Assembly: GCA_963822445.1 (NCBI GenBank)
Contig: CAWGHO010000001.1
Location: 160,001-224,000 of the forward strand
Length of the DNA stretch: 64,000 bases
DNA from: an uncultured Acidobacteriota bacterium
Lineage (GTDB): Bacteria > Acidobacteriota > Thermoanaerobaculia > Gp7-AA8
Direction of reading: 5' to 3'
Under the pieces are notes generated by a model. It was not told the DNA's origin. It saw only the letters and a program-made list of their open reading frames with translations, and made no database searches. Positions 46,986-56,457 of this stretch are shown one piece after another; position 1 is the first letter of the stretch, and every line of letters starts with the position of its first letter. The position numbers were made by a program, and so were the translations under genes.

Positions 46986-48493
46986 CAGGGCTTGAACGGC
47001 TCCGTCATCGTCTCCCCCGTGGCGATGTCCACCAGCGCGTGCACGAGCACGCGCGCGCCGCGCTGGAGGTCGTCGATGGAGATCTTCTCGTCGAGATCGT
47101 GGCCGGGATACGGCTTGCCCGGGAACCACATGCCGAAGGCGATCGCGTTCGGCAGCCGCTTCGCGTACGTCGCGCCGCCGGAGATCGCCGGCTTCGCCGT
47201 CTCGCCGGTGGCCCGCGAATACACAGTCATCAGCCGTTTCACGATCTTCGCGTTCGGATCGAATCCCAGAGGCTCGTCGAGGAAATACGACTTGTCTTCG
47301 ACGACGGCCAGCGACGAGCCCTGCTTCCGATTGAAGGCGTCGAGAACCGAAAGAAGATGCGCCTTCATCTGCGCGGCGGTGCGCGGCGGAATGCGGCGCA
47401 GGTTGATGTAGAGCATCCGGCGGTCATCCTCGTCCGACACGGGCTTGATCGTGCCGACGTTGACGCCGAATCGTGCCCAGATCGGATCGTTGTCGGTGAT
47501 GCCGAGGCCGGTGCCGTGCAGGTCCTTGCCCGCAAGGCGCGCGAAGGCCAGCAGATCGTCGGCGCCACCACTCGGCAGTTTGCCTTCGAGCACGCGCGCC
47601 AGCGCGACCAGCGCGTTGCGGCCACCGGTCAGGTTCACTCCCGAATGCGAGGACTTGCCGTACGCAACGATGTGAAGCATCGGGCCGTCCATGCCGATCA
47701 CGAGGCGCGTGTCGGGTGGAAGCTTAGTCTTCGCCTTCTCCATTTCCGCGATGAACGGATCCCAGTTCATCGACTCCGCCGTCCACCGCAGCTTCACCTC
47801 GGCACGATCGGGCACGATGCTCGGCGAGATCCCTGCGTCCATGAACGCGACCTCGAACGGCCGCTTCCTGCCGGGCCGCGACTTGAGCGCAGTTGCGACG
47901 CCGAATCCGTCCCAGGCCTTTTCGCCGACGACCACCGGGAACTCCGAGTCGAGCACCAGCGAGTAGTCGGGCGGCTGATGATCTTTGAGGTACTCCTCGA
48001 TCTCCGTGGCCGCCGATTCCTCTTCGCTGCCGACCAGCAAGCGGATGGTGTGTGTCCGTTCGATCCCGCTCTCCTGCAGCGCTTTCATCGCCAGCAGCGC
48101 CTGAATCAGCGGACCCTTGTCGTCGGCCGAGCCGCGACCGAGTACGTAGCCTTCTCGGACCTCGCCGGCGAATGGCGGAAAGGTCCAGGCCTCTTCTTCG
48201 ACCGGCTGCACGTCGCCATGAATCAGCAGGCCGAGAACCGGCGCGCCTTCCGGTCCCGGAAGCTCGATCTCGGTGATCTTTCCCGCGTCGCGCGCGACGA
48301 AGCCGAGGTCCGCCGCGGTTTTCATCAGCCACGCTTTCTGCTCCGCGTGCGCCTCGGGGTTGTGGGCGTACGTGCGGAACCGAATCACCTCGGTGAGCAT
48401 CGGCACGAGCTTCCCGGCCTGATGCTTTTCGTAGTGCTGCAGAACGCGATCGGTGTTCGCGGCCAGCGACGCCACGAGAATCAAGGCCAGCAT
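46985..48493 (-). CDS. Secreted M20 family dipeptidase (PepV/Sapep-like)
   Basis: HGDVQP, GRGSADDKGP, GSEEE, GGATYAK, H..DE. Confidence 0.88.
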   Translation of the reverse strand: MLALILVASLAANTDRVLQHYEKHQAGKLVPMLTEVIRFRTYAHNPEAHAEQKAWLMKTAADLGFVARDAGKITEIELPGPEGAPVLGLLIHGDVQPVEEEAWTFPPFAGEVREGYVLGRGSADDKGPLIQALLAMKALQESGIERTHTIRLLVGSEEESAATEIEEYLKDHQPPDYSLVLDSEFPVVVGEKAWDGFGVATALKSRPGRKRPFEVAFMDAGISPSIVPDRAEVKLRWTAESMNWDPFIAEMEKAKTKLPPDTRLVIGMDGPMLHIVAYGKSSHSGVNLTGGRNALVALARVLEGKLPSGGADDLLAFARLAGKDLHGTGLGITDNDPIWARFGVNVGTIKPVSDEDDRRMLYINLRRIPPRTAAQMKAHLLSVLDAFNRKQGSSLAVVEDKSYFLDEPLGFDPNAKIVKRLMTVYSRATGETAKPAISGGATYAKRLPNAIAFGMWFPGKPYPGHDLDEKISIDDLQRGARVLVHALVDIATGETMTEPFKP

Positions 48494-48942
48494 CAGAACA
48501 ACCTCCGTCCTTCATGTGCGAGGAGCCACTGCTTGCGCTCGATGCCGCCGCCGTAGCCGGTGAGCGTTCCGTCCGAGCCGATCACGCGATGACAGGGCAC
48601 GATGACCGGAATCGGATTCGCGCCATTCGCTGCGCCGACCGCACGAATCGCGGCGGGCCGGCCGATGCGCCGCGCGAGCTCGGCGTAAGTGATGGTGTCG
48701 CCGTACGGAACGCGCAGGAGCTCGTTCCAGACGGCGAGTTGGAACTCGGTGCCGTGAAGGGCCAGGGGAAGATCGAAGACGCGGCGTTGACCGGCGAAGT
48801 ATTCGGAAAGCTGATGCGCCACCCGGCCGACCGGGTCCCTCGACTCCGATCCGGATGACAGGGAACGGAAGGTCAATTGGGTGAGTTTGCCGTCGTCGTC
48901 GAGAACGGCGGTGAGCGGGCCGATCGGGGTCTCGATGATCAT
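48493..48942 (-). CDS. ogt: Methylated-DNA--protein-cysteine methyltransferase
   Basis: GTEFQLAVW, RAVG.ANGANP, PCHRV. Confidence 0.93.
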   Translation of the reverse strand: MIIETPIGPLTAVLDDDGKLTQLTFRSLSSGSESRDPVGRVAHQLSEYFAGQRRVFDLPLALHGTEFQLAVWNELLRVPYGDTITYAELARRIGRPAAIRAVGAANGANPIPVIVPCHRVIGSDGTLTGYGGGIERKQWLLAHEGRRLF

Positions 48943-48994
48943 CGGATGGATATCGTAAAATACCGCGCACCGCCATTCATCCGAGGAGAATCAC

Positions 48995-49984
48995 TTGAAA
49001 ACCTTCTTCAAGGTCGTTGGGATCTTGTTGCTCGTCGTGGTCGCGCTGGCCGCGATCGGAGTCTCCTGGCTGGCGCTCCGCAAGCCCAATCAGCGGCCCG
49101 CCAGCGCGGAAAAAATCGAGGTCACGCCGGAACGGCTCGCCCGCGGCAAGTACCTCGTCAACAACGTCACCATCTGCTTCGACTGCCACGCCGAGCGGAC
49201 CATGGCCTATGGCCTTCCGATCAAACCCGGCCAGGAAGGCGTGAAGGGGTTCATCTGGGATCAGAAGATCGGATTCCCGGGCGTGCTCGCGGCGTCGAAC
49301 ATCACTCCCGACGCGGAAACAGGTCTCGGCAAATGGACCGACGGCGAGATCCTCCGCGCGATCCGCGAGGGCGTCGATCGCGAGGGGAAGGCTCTCTTCC
49401 CGATCATGCCCTACGGCCATCTCCGCAGCCTCAGCGATGAAGACGGCAAGGCCATCGTCGCGTACCTGCGCACGCTCGAGCCGCTGCGTTACGAGAAGCC
49501 GAAGAAGGCGCTGAACATGCCGCTGCCGCTCGTCGAGAAGTTCGGGCCGAAGCCGGTCGACGCGCCGATCGCCACGCCCGACAGAAGCGACACGCTGGCT
49601 TACGGCAAGTACCTGACCACCATCGCCACCTGCGCCGAGTGCCACACGCCGAAGGATGACAAGGGCAACACCCTCCCCGGAAAGGAATTCGCCGGCGGCT
49701 GGGAAATGCACACGCCGACGTTCCGCGTGGTCACCTCGAACATCACCCCACATCCGACGAACTGGATGGGCACCGCCACGAAGGAAGAGTTCATCGCCCG
49801 CTTCAAGGCCTTCGAGAACATCGATGCATCGAACGCACCGCCGGCGCAGCCGGGCAGGAACACGCTCATGCCCTGGCTCACCTACTCCGGCATGACCGAA
49901 GAAGACCTCGGCGCGATCTACACCTACCTGAAGACCCTTCCGCCGATCGAGAACAGGGTGAATCCGTTTCCGGACGCGAAGTAA
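48995..49984 (+). CDS. Membrane-anchored di-heme cytochrome c
   Basis: CFDCH and CAECH, each followed by SNITP and an MP axial Met. Confidence 0.88.
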   Translation: MKTFFKVVGILLLVVVALAAIGVSWLALRKPNQRPASAEKIEVTPERLARGKYLVNNVTICFDCHAERTMAYGLPIKPGQEGVKGFIWDQKIGFPGVLAASNITPDAETGLGKWTDGEILRAIREGVDREGKALFPIMPYGHLRSLSDEDGKAIVAYLRTLEPLRYEKPKKALNMPLPLVEKFGPKPVDAPIATPDRSDTLAYGKYLTTIATCAECHTPKDDKGNTLPGKEFAGGWEMHTPTFRVVTSNITPHPTNWMGTATKEEFIARFKAFENIDASNAPPAQPGRNTLMPWLTYSGMTEEDLGAIYTYLKTLPPIENRVNPFPDAK

Positions 49985-50011
49985 GTCCTGACCCGTCAGC
50001 GCGGACGCGAG

Positions 50012-50740
50012 TCAGTGCACCTGTTCGAGCGCCCAGACCATCAGCGCCGCGGTAGCCAGTCCGCCGATGGTCGAGAAGATCAGCGCGAAGCGGGGACGCT
50101 CGTGGCCGTGCGGCAGAAGATCGCTTGCGCCGAGGTAGAGGAGGAAGCCGGCGAAGAACGCGAGCTGGTACGCGAGCATCGCCGGCTCGATGCGCAGCAC
50201 GTTCGCGAGCAGCGCGCCGGCGACCGGCGCGAGCGCGTCGACGACCAGCAGGGTGATCGTGCGCCACCGGCTGTTCCGCGTGGCGAGCATGAACGTCACC
50301 GTGTTCAGACCATCGGCGAAGTCGTGAGCGAGCACGGCCAGCAGCACGAGCAGACCCACGTCGCGTCCCGCCTGAAACGCGACACCGATCGCCAGGCCGT
50401 CGAGGAAGCTGTGAAAGGAGAGGCCGATCGCACCGACCAGACCGACGTGATGCTGGTGTCCGGGGCTGTCGTGCGATTTCTCGCTGTGGATGATGGTCAG
50501 CTTCTCGAGCAGAAAAATGGCCACGAAGCCGCCCATGACCGTGAGCATCAGCTTGTGGACGTCGAGGGAATTTGCGGTCGCCGATTCGAAGATCTCCGGA
50601 ATCAGATCGAGGAAGGCCACGCCGATGAGCAGGCCCGCGGAGTAGGCCATGATCGCGTGCAGCGACCGCTGGTAGCGGAAGGCGAAGGCCCCGCCGGCGA
50701 GCGTCATCACGAACGCGAGCAGCGCCCAGGCCGCACTCAT
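50012..50740 (-). CDS. ZIP family metal transporter
   Basis: His-rich loop, HSFLDG, AHDFADG, multiple TM helices. Confidence 0.88.
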   Translation of the reverse strand: MSAAWALLAFVMTLAGGAFAFRYQRSLHAIMAYSAGLLIGVAFLDLIPEIFESATANSLDVHKLMLTVMGGFVAIFLLEKLTIIHSEKSHDSPGHQHHVGLVGAIGLSFHSFLDGLAIGVAFQAGRDVGLLVLLAVLAHDFADGLNTVTFMLATRNSRWRTITLLVVDALAPVAGALLANVLRIEPAMLAYQLAFFAGFLLYLGASDLLPHGHERPRFALIFSTIGGLATAALMVWALEQVH

Positions 50741-50756
50741 AGGGGGCGGATTGTAT

Positions 50757-50792
50757 GTGGGTTACGAGGTTGCGTGGTTACGAGGTTGCGGA
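50757..50792. repeat. Short 8-nt tandem array (GGTTRCGN)n
   Basis: GGTTACGA GGTTGCGT GGTTACGA GGTTGCGG; same unit as at 53330. Confidence 0.6.
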
Positions 50793-50801
50793 GTCAGTCG
50801 A

Positions 50802-51041
50802 TCACGCCGCATAGACGCGCACGAGAAAAACGGTGTCTTCCTTCTTCATCGTGGCGATCGATTCCGTCCCGCGGGCCGGCCTGGTCAGGCTGACCAGTTG
50901 CGCGTCACTGTCCCGGACGAACTGGGAGATCGCCTCGTCGGCGTCGACCGCTTCGACGACCGTACGCTTCGACTCCACCTCGTACGTCGGCCGGTGGGTG
51001 TACTCGTTGGTCAACTCCCGCGCTTCTATCGTGTATTGCAA
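50802..51041 (-). CDS. Small hypothetical protein
   Basis: 79-aa ORF with TTG start and GAGGGG RBS. Confidence 0.55.
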   Translation of the reverse strand: MQYTIEARELTNEYTHRPTYEVESKRTVVEAVDADEAISQFVRDSDAQLVSLTRPARGTESIATMKKEDTVFLVRVYAA

Positions 51042-51110
51042 GCGTTCCCCCTCGGATTTTTCGCTTACAGCAAAAAAAGGAAAGGAGCAATCGCCGCGCC
51101 AGAGAGAACC

Positions 51111-51179
51111 AGTCGTTAGTGGTTAGTCGTTAGTCGTTAGTAGCCGGATCTAACGACCAACCACTAACGACTAACGACT
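51111..51179. repeat. Inverted pair of 7-nt tandem arrays (TAGTCGT)n / (CTAACGA)n
   Basis: Arms 51111-51143 and 51150-51179. Confidence 0.85.
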
Positions 51180-51190
51180 CAGCGAACGCG

Positions 51191-52822
51191 TCAGCGTTCG
51201 CGCAAGTAGTCATGAATGAGCTGCACCGCCATCGCGCCCTCGCCTACCGCGGACCCGACGCGCTTCACCGAGCCGTGGCGCACGTCGCCAGCGACGAAGA
51301 CGCCGGGCATGCTGCTCTCGAGATGGGCGGGCCAGCGGTCGTCCGGCCAGGCGGCGAGATGCTCGCGGCGTAAGTCGCGGCCGGTCAGAACGAAGCCCTG
51401 CTTGTCGCGCGCGACGGCGTCACCGAGCCAGTCCGTGCGTGGTCGCGCGCCGATCCAGATGAACAGCGCATCGGTCTCCAGCTCGCGTCGCGCCTTCGTT
51501 TCCGTCTCTTCGATCGTCACCGATTCCAGCCGCTCCTCCCCCTTTACCGCGAACACGCTCGTCTTCGTCATCAGCTCGACGTTCGGAAGTGAGTTGATCC
51601 GCTCGACGAGGTATTGCGACATGGTCGTCTCGAGCGCCTCGTCGATGGTGATGATGGTCAGCTTCCGCGCGTATCGCGCGAGGAGCAGCGCTGCCTGCGC
51701 CGCGGAGTTGCCGCTGCCGAGGAGACAGATGTCGCGGTCGCGGAAGCGGGCGGCTTCCGCGGCGGCGGCGCCGTAGTAGACGCCGGCGCCGGTGAGCTTG
51801 TCGGCGCCCTCAGCGCGCAGCTTGCGATAGGCCACGCCCACGGAAAGCAGCACCGTGTGACTGACCATCTCCGTTCCATCGTCGAGCGTGAGCAGGCGAT
51901 AGCCGCGATCGTCGCGCAACGACTTCGCGGTCTTCGTCAGCAGAATCTCCGTTCCGAATTTCTGGGCCTGCATGACCGCGCGCGAGGCGAGCTCCGCGCC
52001 GGAGAGGCCGTCGGGAAATCCGAGATAGTTCTCGATCAGCGCGCTCGATCCCGCTTGTCCGCCGGGAACGTCGCGCTCGACGATGACCGTTCGCAGCCCT
52101 TCCGAGCTCGCGTAGACCGCGGCCGCGAGTCCGGCCGGTCCGCCGCCGACGATCACCAGGTCGTAGAACGACGAGTCGGGTGACGTGCTGAAGCCGAGCT
52201 TCTGGGCGAGGTCCTCATCGCTCGGATCGACGAGCTCCGCGCCGTCGGGAAAGAGAATGCGCGTTCCGGAGTCGTGGCGATCGTCATCATCGTCCTCCGC
52301 ACCGGTATCGATCCAGCGGTAGGGAACGCGGTGCCGCGCGAGCAGATCGCGAACGTCATGACAGCGCGGATGCCACTGATCGCCGAAGACCTGGACGATG
52401 TCCGCCGCGGTCGCGGACGATTCCCACGCTCGCAGCGCTTCGCGCACGATTGGTTCGAGCGAGGTCTCCGGCGCTTCCCACGGCTCGGCGACGCTGTAAT
52501 CGACAAGACCTTCGCGCTTGCCGGCGACCGCGAAGCCGGGATCGAGCTCGTCGTCGTAGAGGATGACTTTCATCCCCGAGAACAGCTCTTTCCCGCGCTC
52601 GAGCAGGCCGCGCAGCTCTCCTTCGTCGAGAAGATGTCTGACCAGCATCAGGACGATGGGCTGCTTCTTCGCGTGCGCGTCGTCGATGACTTTTCGCGCT
52701 TCTTCGATGGTTGTCGTGGTGCCGATGTCGAACGTCTCCGCGCAATCGGCCTGCAGAAACTCGCGGCCGCGGGACAGATGTTCTTCATGGGGCTCGATCA
52801 GCAGGATCAGCGGACGACTCAC
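51191..52822 (-). CDS. Thioredoxin-reductase-like FAD/NAD(P) oxidoreductase with N-terminal receiver-like and glutaredoxin-like segments
   Basis: GGGPAGLAAA, GGQAG.S..IENYLGFP, GSGNSA, FVAGDVR, AVGEG. Confidence 0.88.
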   Translation of the reverse strand: MSRPLILLIEPHEEHLSRGREFLQADCAETFDIGTTTTIEEARKVIDDAHAKKQPIVLMLVRHLLDEGELRGLLERGKELFSGMKVILYDDELDPGFAVAGKREGLVDYSVAEPWEAPETSLEPIVREALRAWESSATAADIVQVFGDQWHPRCHDVRDLLARHRVPYRWIDTGAEDDDDDRHDSGTRILFPDGAELVDPSDEDLAQKLGFSTSPDSSFYDLVIVGGGPAGLAAAVYASSEGLRTVIVERDVPGGQAGSSALIENYLGFPDGLSGAELASRAVMQAQKFGTEILLTKTAKSLRDDRGYRLLTLDDGTEMVSHTVLLSVGVAYRKLRAEGADKLTGAGVYYGAAAAEAARFRDRDICLLGSGNSAAQAALLLARYARKLTIITIDEALETTMSQYLVERINSLPNVELMTKTSVFAVKGEERLESVTIEETETKARRELETDALFIWIGARPRTDWLGDAVARDKQGFVLTGRDLRREHLAAWPDDRWPAHLESSMPGVFVAGDVRHGSVKRVGSAVGEGAMAVQLIHDYLRER

Positions 52823-52887
52823 GGAGCACGCTTTTGCGAACGGGGTGCCGCAGCCAGGGCACATTTATTGCTTGAGCCCGGCCCCGG

Positions 52888-53325
52888 ATGGGTCCCGAGC
52901 CAATCTCGATTCTGGTGGTGGATGACGAACCCGCGATTCGTGCGCTGGTCGCCAAGATCGTGGAGCGCGCCGGTTACCGGGTGGACGTCGCCCGCGACGG
53001 TGCGGACGCCATTGCCAAGCTCGAGCAGAACCACTACGCCGTGCTCATCGTCGATCTGATGATGCCCATCCTGGACGGCTACGCGGTCGTCGACTGGGTG
53101 AAGCACCACGCCGACCGCAAGCCCGCCATCATCGTCGTGAGCGCCGCCGACTCCGCCGCGCTCCGCCGCTTCGACGGCTCGATGGTCCATTCGATCATCC
53201 GCAAGCCGTTCGACGTCGATGTCCTGAGCGATCTCGTTTCGGCAGCCGCGAAGACCATCGGCGACGAGGAAGAGGCGGCCCGCGGCAACAACCTCCTCCC
53301 GTTCCCGCGCGAAAGCGCGTGCTGA
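52888..53325 (+). CDS. Single-domain response regulator
   Basis: VVDDE, VDLMMP..DG, VSA, RKPF. Confidence 0.9.
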   Translation: MGPEPISILVVDDEPAIRALVAKIVERAGYRVDVARDGADAIAKLEQNHYAVLIVDLMMPILDGYAVVDWVKHHADRKPAIIVVSAADSAALRRFDGSMVHSIIRKPFDVDVLSDLVSAAAKTIGDEEEAARGNNLLPFPRESAC

Positions 53326-53327
53326 GC

Positions 53328-53480
53328 TGCGGGGTTACGAGGTTGCGGGGTTACGGGGTTTAGAAAACCTGACAACCCGACAACCTGACAACCCGGCTAC
53401 CCCGGAACCAAGTTACCCAGCACTAACCCCGCGACCCCGCGACCCCGTAACCTCGTAACCCCGCAACCCCGCAACCCCAA
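53328..53480. repeat. Inverted 8-nt tandem arrays (GGGGTTRC)n / (AACCCCGC)n with internal ACAACCYG repeats
   Basis: Visible directly between the regulator and the next gene. Confidence 0.8.
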
Positions 53481-53516
53481 AACCAGGCACGAAGTCCGCA
53501 AACCGCCCTGCTCGGC

Positions 53517-54797
53517 TTGGCTTTTTACGTTCGTAAGTCGCTCGCGCATGGCCGCATTCGATTCGGAGTCGCACCGAGAAAGCGTCTCGACGAAATCGAC
53601 TCCGATCCGGCGCTGTCGACAGGAGTCTCCGGCGAGTTCATCCGGCGCAAGACCTCCGGGTTCTATTTCGCCGAGAACCGTCTGCAGGCCGGGGGGCCGC
53701 AGTTCCCCACCGCGCAGACCGCGAGCTCCACTCCCTTCTGGCAATCCGTGTTCGACGGCACGACCCGCGGCTGGGTCTTCCTGGCCATGTGCATCCTCGG
53801 CCTGCTGCTCGTTCTTCTCGGTTTCGCCAACGTAGCCCAGGACAACAACGCCGGATGGGCGCTGGTCATCATCGGACTGATTCTCCTGGCCGTCCCCTTC
53901 GGCCTCACCGCCCAGGTTCGCCGCAGGCTTCGCGAAGAAGAAGAGCGCGAGAAAGCGAAGCGCGAAGAAGAAGAGCAGCGCAATCGCGCCGTCCTCGCCT
54001 CCTACATCGAAGCCCTCGAGAACCTGCGCAAGGATCCCAACGACGACACCCTCGACGTCACCGCCTCAGAGCGGCAGCAGCTCGACGTTCCGTACGAGAT
54101 CTGGAGCGGCTACGCGCGCACGACCGTCCTGCAGATCGCGTTCGAGATGCTCCACCGACTCGGCGCGTCGCGCACCGCGGAGATCAACGAACTGGTCAGC
54201 CGCGCCGCCCGTGCCGCCGGCCTGAAACCGGCCCACGAACTGGCCATCAAGCTCGAGATCTACAAGACCGTGATCTGGCATCTCCTCGCCGACGATCGCC
54301 TCGGCGAGGCGCAGGCCGAGGAGATGAAGCACATCCGGAAAGGCCTGGATATCTGGGATCGGGACGTTCCCGAAGAGCTCCAGGCCATGAACGAATTCGA
54401 CCGCCTCCGTGGTGTCGCCCGTACCAACCTGCCGAAGATCGACGACTGCCCGATCGCGATGAAGATCCACGAGTCCTGCATCCACATCAGCAAAGGCTCG
54501 GTGGTGAAGACAGTCAAGCAGCGCGTCGACGGCAAGCGCGTCGACACCCGCGTCCCCAGCGATCCCGCCACGATCTACATCACCAACCGCCGGGTCATCA
54601 TCGAAGGCAAGAAGACCCAGGAAATCCCGCTGACCAAGATCGACGACATCGAGCTGGACATGGACGAGTACGTGATGACCATCAAGGCCGCCCGCGACAT
54701 CGGACAGGTCAACCTGCAGGTCGAAGAGTCGATCTACACCGCCGCGATCCTGGACATGGCCACGACCATCGACGATCGCCCGCGCGCCTTCGCCTGA
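53517..54797 (+). CDS. Hypothetical membrane protein (2 TM, coiled coil, PH-like C-terminus)
   Basis: Long GC3-rich ORF; ..IYITNRRVII..K..EIPL.KI motif. Confidence 0.7.
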   Translation: MAFYVRKSLAHGRIRFGVAPRKRLDEIDSDPALSTGVSGEFIRRKTSGFYFAENRLQAGGPQFPTAQTASSTPFWQSVFDGTTRGWVFLAMCILGLLLVLLGFANVAQDNNAGWALVIIGLILLAVPFGLTAQVRRRLREEEEREKAKREEEEQRNRAVLASYIEALENLRKDPNDDTLDVTASERQQLDVPYEIWSGYARTTVLQIAFEMLHRLGASRTAEINELVSRAARAAGLKPAHELAIKLEIYKTVIWHLLADDRLGEAQAEEMKHIRKGLDIWDRDVPEELQAMNEFDRLRGVARTNLPKIDDCPIAMKIHESCIHISKGSVVKTVKQRVDGKRVDTRVPSDPATIYITNRRVIIEGKKTQEIPLTKIDDIELDMDEYVMTIKAARDIGQVNLQVEESIYTAAILDMATTIDDRPRAFA

Positions 54798-54985
54798 GCG
54801 TGAGCGACGGCTGGCTGCGAAAATAGTCGCTCGCGAACTCCCGCCTTCGGCTTAAACTGCCCGCCTCCGGCTCGTCACCGGTTCCCCCAACGAACACCTT
54901 CCCCGGTTCCCCGTTCGCGTGCGCCCGCAAGCCGCGCCCGTCATGTCCCCGCCTTATCTGATTTCAGAGGATTGGAGAGAGAGAG

Positions 54986-56407
54986 ATGAAAAAGAGACTG
55001 GTCCCCGTCTTTCTGGCCGTACTTTGCCTCACCGTTTCCGCAGTCGCAGGCCCCCACATGGTCAAGCCGCAGGCAGTCTTCGCGACGGGCGGCCCGAGCA
55101 CGACCAACAACGACGACACGTGCGACATCGCCGTGATGCCGGCCGCCACGTTGTTGCTTCCCTACTTCGAGGTCGACATCGCCAATCCGGCAGGCGAGAC
55201 CACAATCTTCACCATCACCAACACCACCCAGCTTCCCCAGATCGCCCACATCACGCTCTGGACTGACTTTTCGTTTCCGGTGGTCGACTTCAACATCTTC
55301 CTGACCGGCTACGACGTGCAGAGCATCAACCTGCGGGACGTCATCGTCCTCGGCCGCATCGCGCCTGACGCTGACGGCACCGGGTTCGATGTATCGAACG
55401 TCGGCGTGTTGTCCGGCGACGACGTCAACGACATCGTGTTCGACAATCCCGTGATCTCGGAAGCCACCTGCGTCAACCTTCCGGAAGAGTTCCCGGCGCC
55501 CTACGTCGTGCGCATGCAGTCCGCCTTCACCCAGGGCCGGGTCACGCCGGTAGGCCTGGGCGGTCCATGCAACACGGCCGGAGCCGTTCACACGAACGCG
55601 ATCGGTTACGTGACCATCGACGTGGCCGGCGCCTGCAGCACCTCGCTTCCGACCGACGCGGTGTACTTCAACTCCGAGATCCGTTTCGACAACGTGCTGA
55701 TCGGCGACTACATGCAGGTCAATTCCGATCAGAACTTCGCGCAGGGCAACCCGATGGTCCACATCAGGGCGATACCCGAGGGCGGCACGCCGGCCACGAG
55801 GATCGGACCGGCCTTCGTCGTCAACTTCCCGCGCACGTTCTACTCGCGTTACTCGCCGCTCCGGCAGGACGCGCGTCAACCGCTGCCGTCGCTTTTCGCG
55901 GCGCGGTGGATCGACGGCAGCGGCGCCGGATTCGCCACGACGTACAAGATCTGGCGCGAAGGAAACACCACTTCGACCACGACCTGCTCCGCGTACCCGA
56001 TTCTCGGCGGCGCGCTGGGGATCACCGAGCTCGTTCGATTCGATGAAGAAGAGAACCCGGAAACGTTCGCACCCGACATCGTGGTCTCGCCGCCGCCGAG
56101 CTTCGAGCCGCGTCTTCCGGAATCGTCCCGCACCAGCGTCGCCAATCAGTCGATTTATCCGCCGATCACGACGGGCGACGTCGCCGGCTGGATGTACATG
56201 AACCTCGACACGGCCAATGCCGCCGGGAATCCGCCGGCCAGCCAGAACTGGGTCATCGTCTCGATGGCTTCGGAAGGCCGGTTCTCCGTCGACTTCGATG
56301 CGGCCGCTCTCGGGAACGGCTGCACGCCGGAGACGGACCAGTCCGAGGCCGTGGGCGGCTCCGTGCCGATTGGTCCGGCCCCCAACGTCAATCCGTTCGT
56401 TCCTTAG
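54986..56407 (+). CDS. Secreted acidic beta-rich protein of unknown function
   Basis: Signal peptide, then TTNNDDTCDIAVMPAATLLLPYFEVD and GWMYMNLD. Confidence 0.8.
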   Translation: MKKRLVPVFLAVLCLTVSAVAGPHMVKPQAVFATGGPSTTNNDDTCDIAVMPAATLLLPYFEVDIANPAGETTIFTITNTTQLPQIAHITLWTDFSFPVVDFNIFLTGYDVQSINLRDVIVLGRIAPDADGTGFDVSNVGVLSGDDVNDIVFDNPVISEATCVNLPEEFPAPYVVRMQSAFTQGRVTPVGLGGPCNTAGAVHTNAIGYVTIDVAGACSTSLPTDAVYFNSEIRFDNVLIGDYMQVNSDQNFAQGNPMVHIRAIPEGGTPATRIGPAFVVNFPRTFYSRYSPLRQDARQPLPSLFAARWIDGSGAGFATTYKIWREGNTTSTTTCSAYPILGGALGITELVRFDEEENPETFAPDIVVSPPPSFEPRLPESSRTSVANQSIYPPITTGDVAGWMYMNLDTANAAGNPPASQNWVIVSMASEGRFSVDFDAAALGNGCTPETDQSEAVGGSVPIGPAPNVNPFVP

Positions 56408-56419
56408 CTCGCGCCACTC

Positions 56420-56447
56420 GCGGTGCGGCGGCTCCGGCCGCCGCACC
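56420..56447. terminator. GC hairpin between convergent genes
   Basis: GGTGCGGCGGC-TCCG-GCCGCCGCACC, with no clear U-tract. Confidence 0.45.
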
Positions 56448-56457
56448 CAACGTGCGC

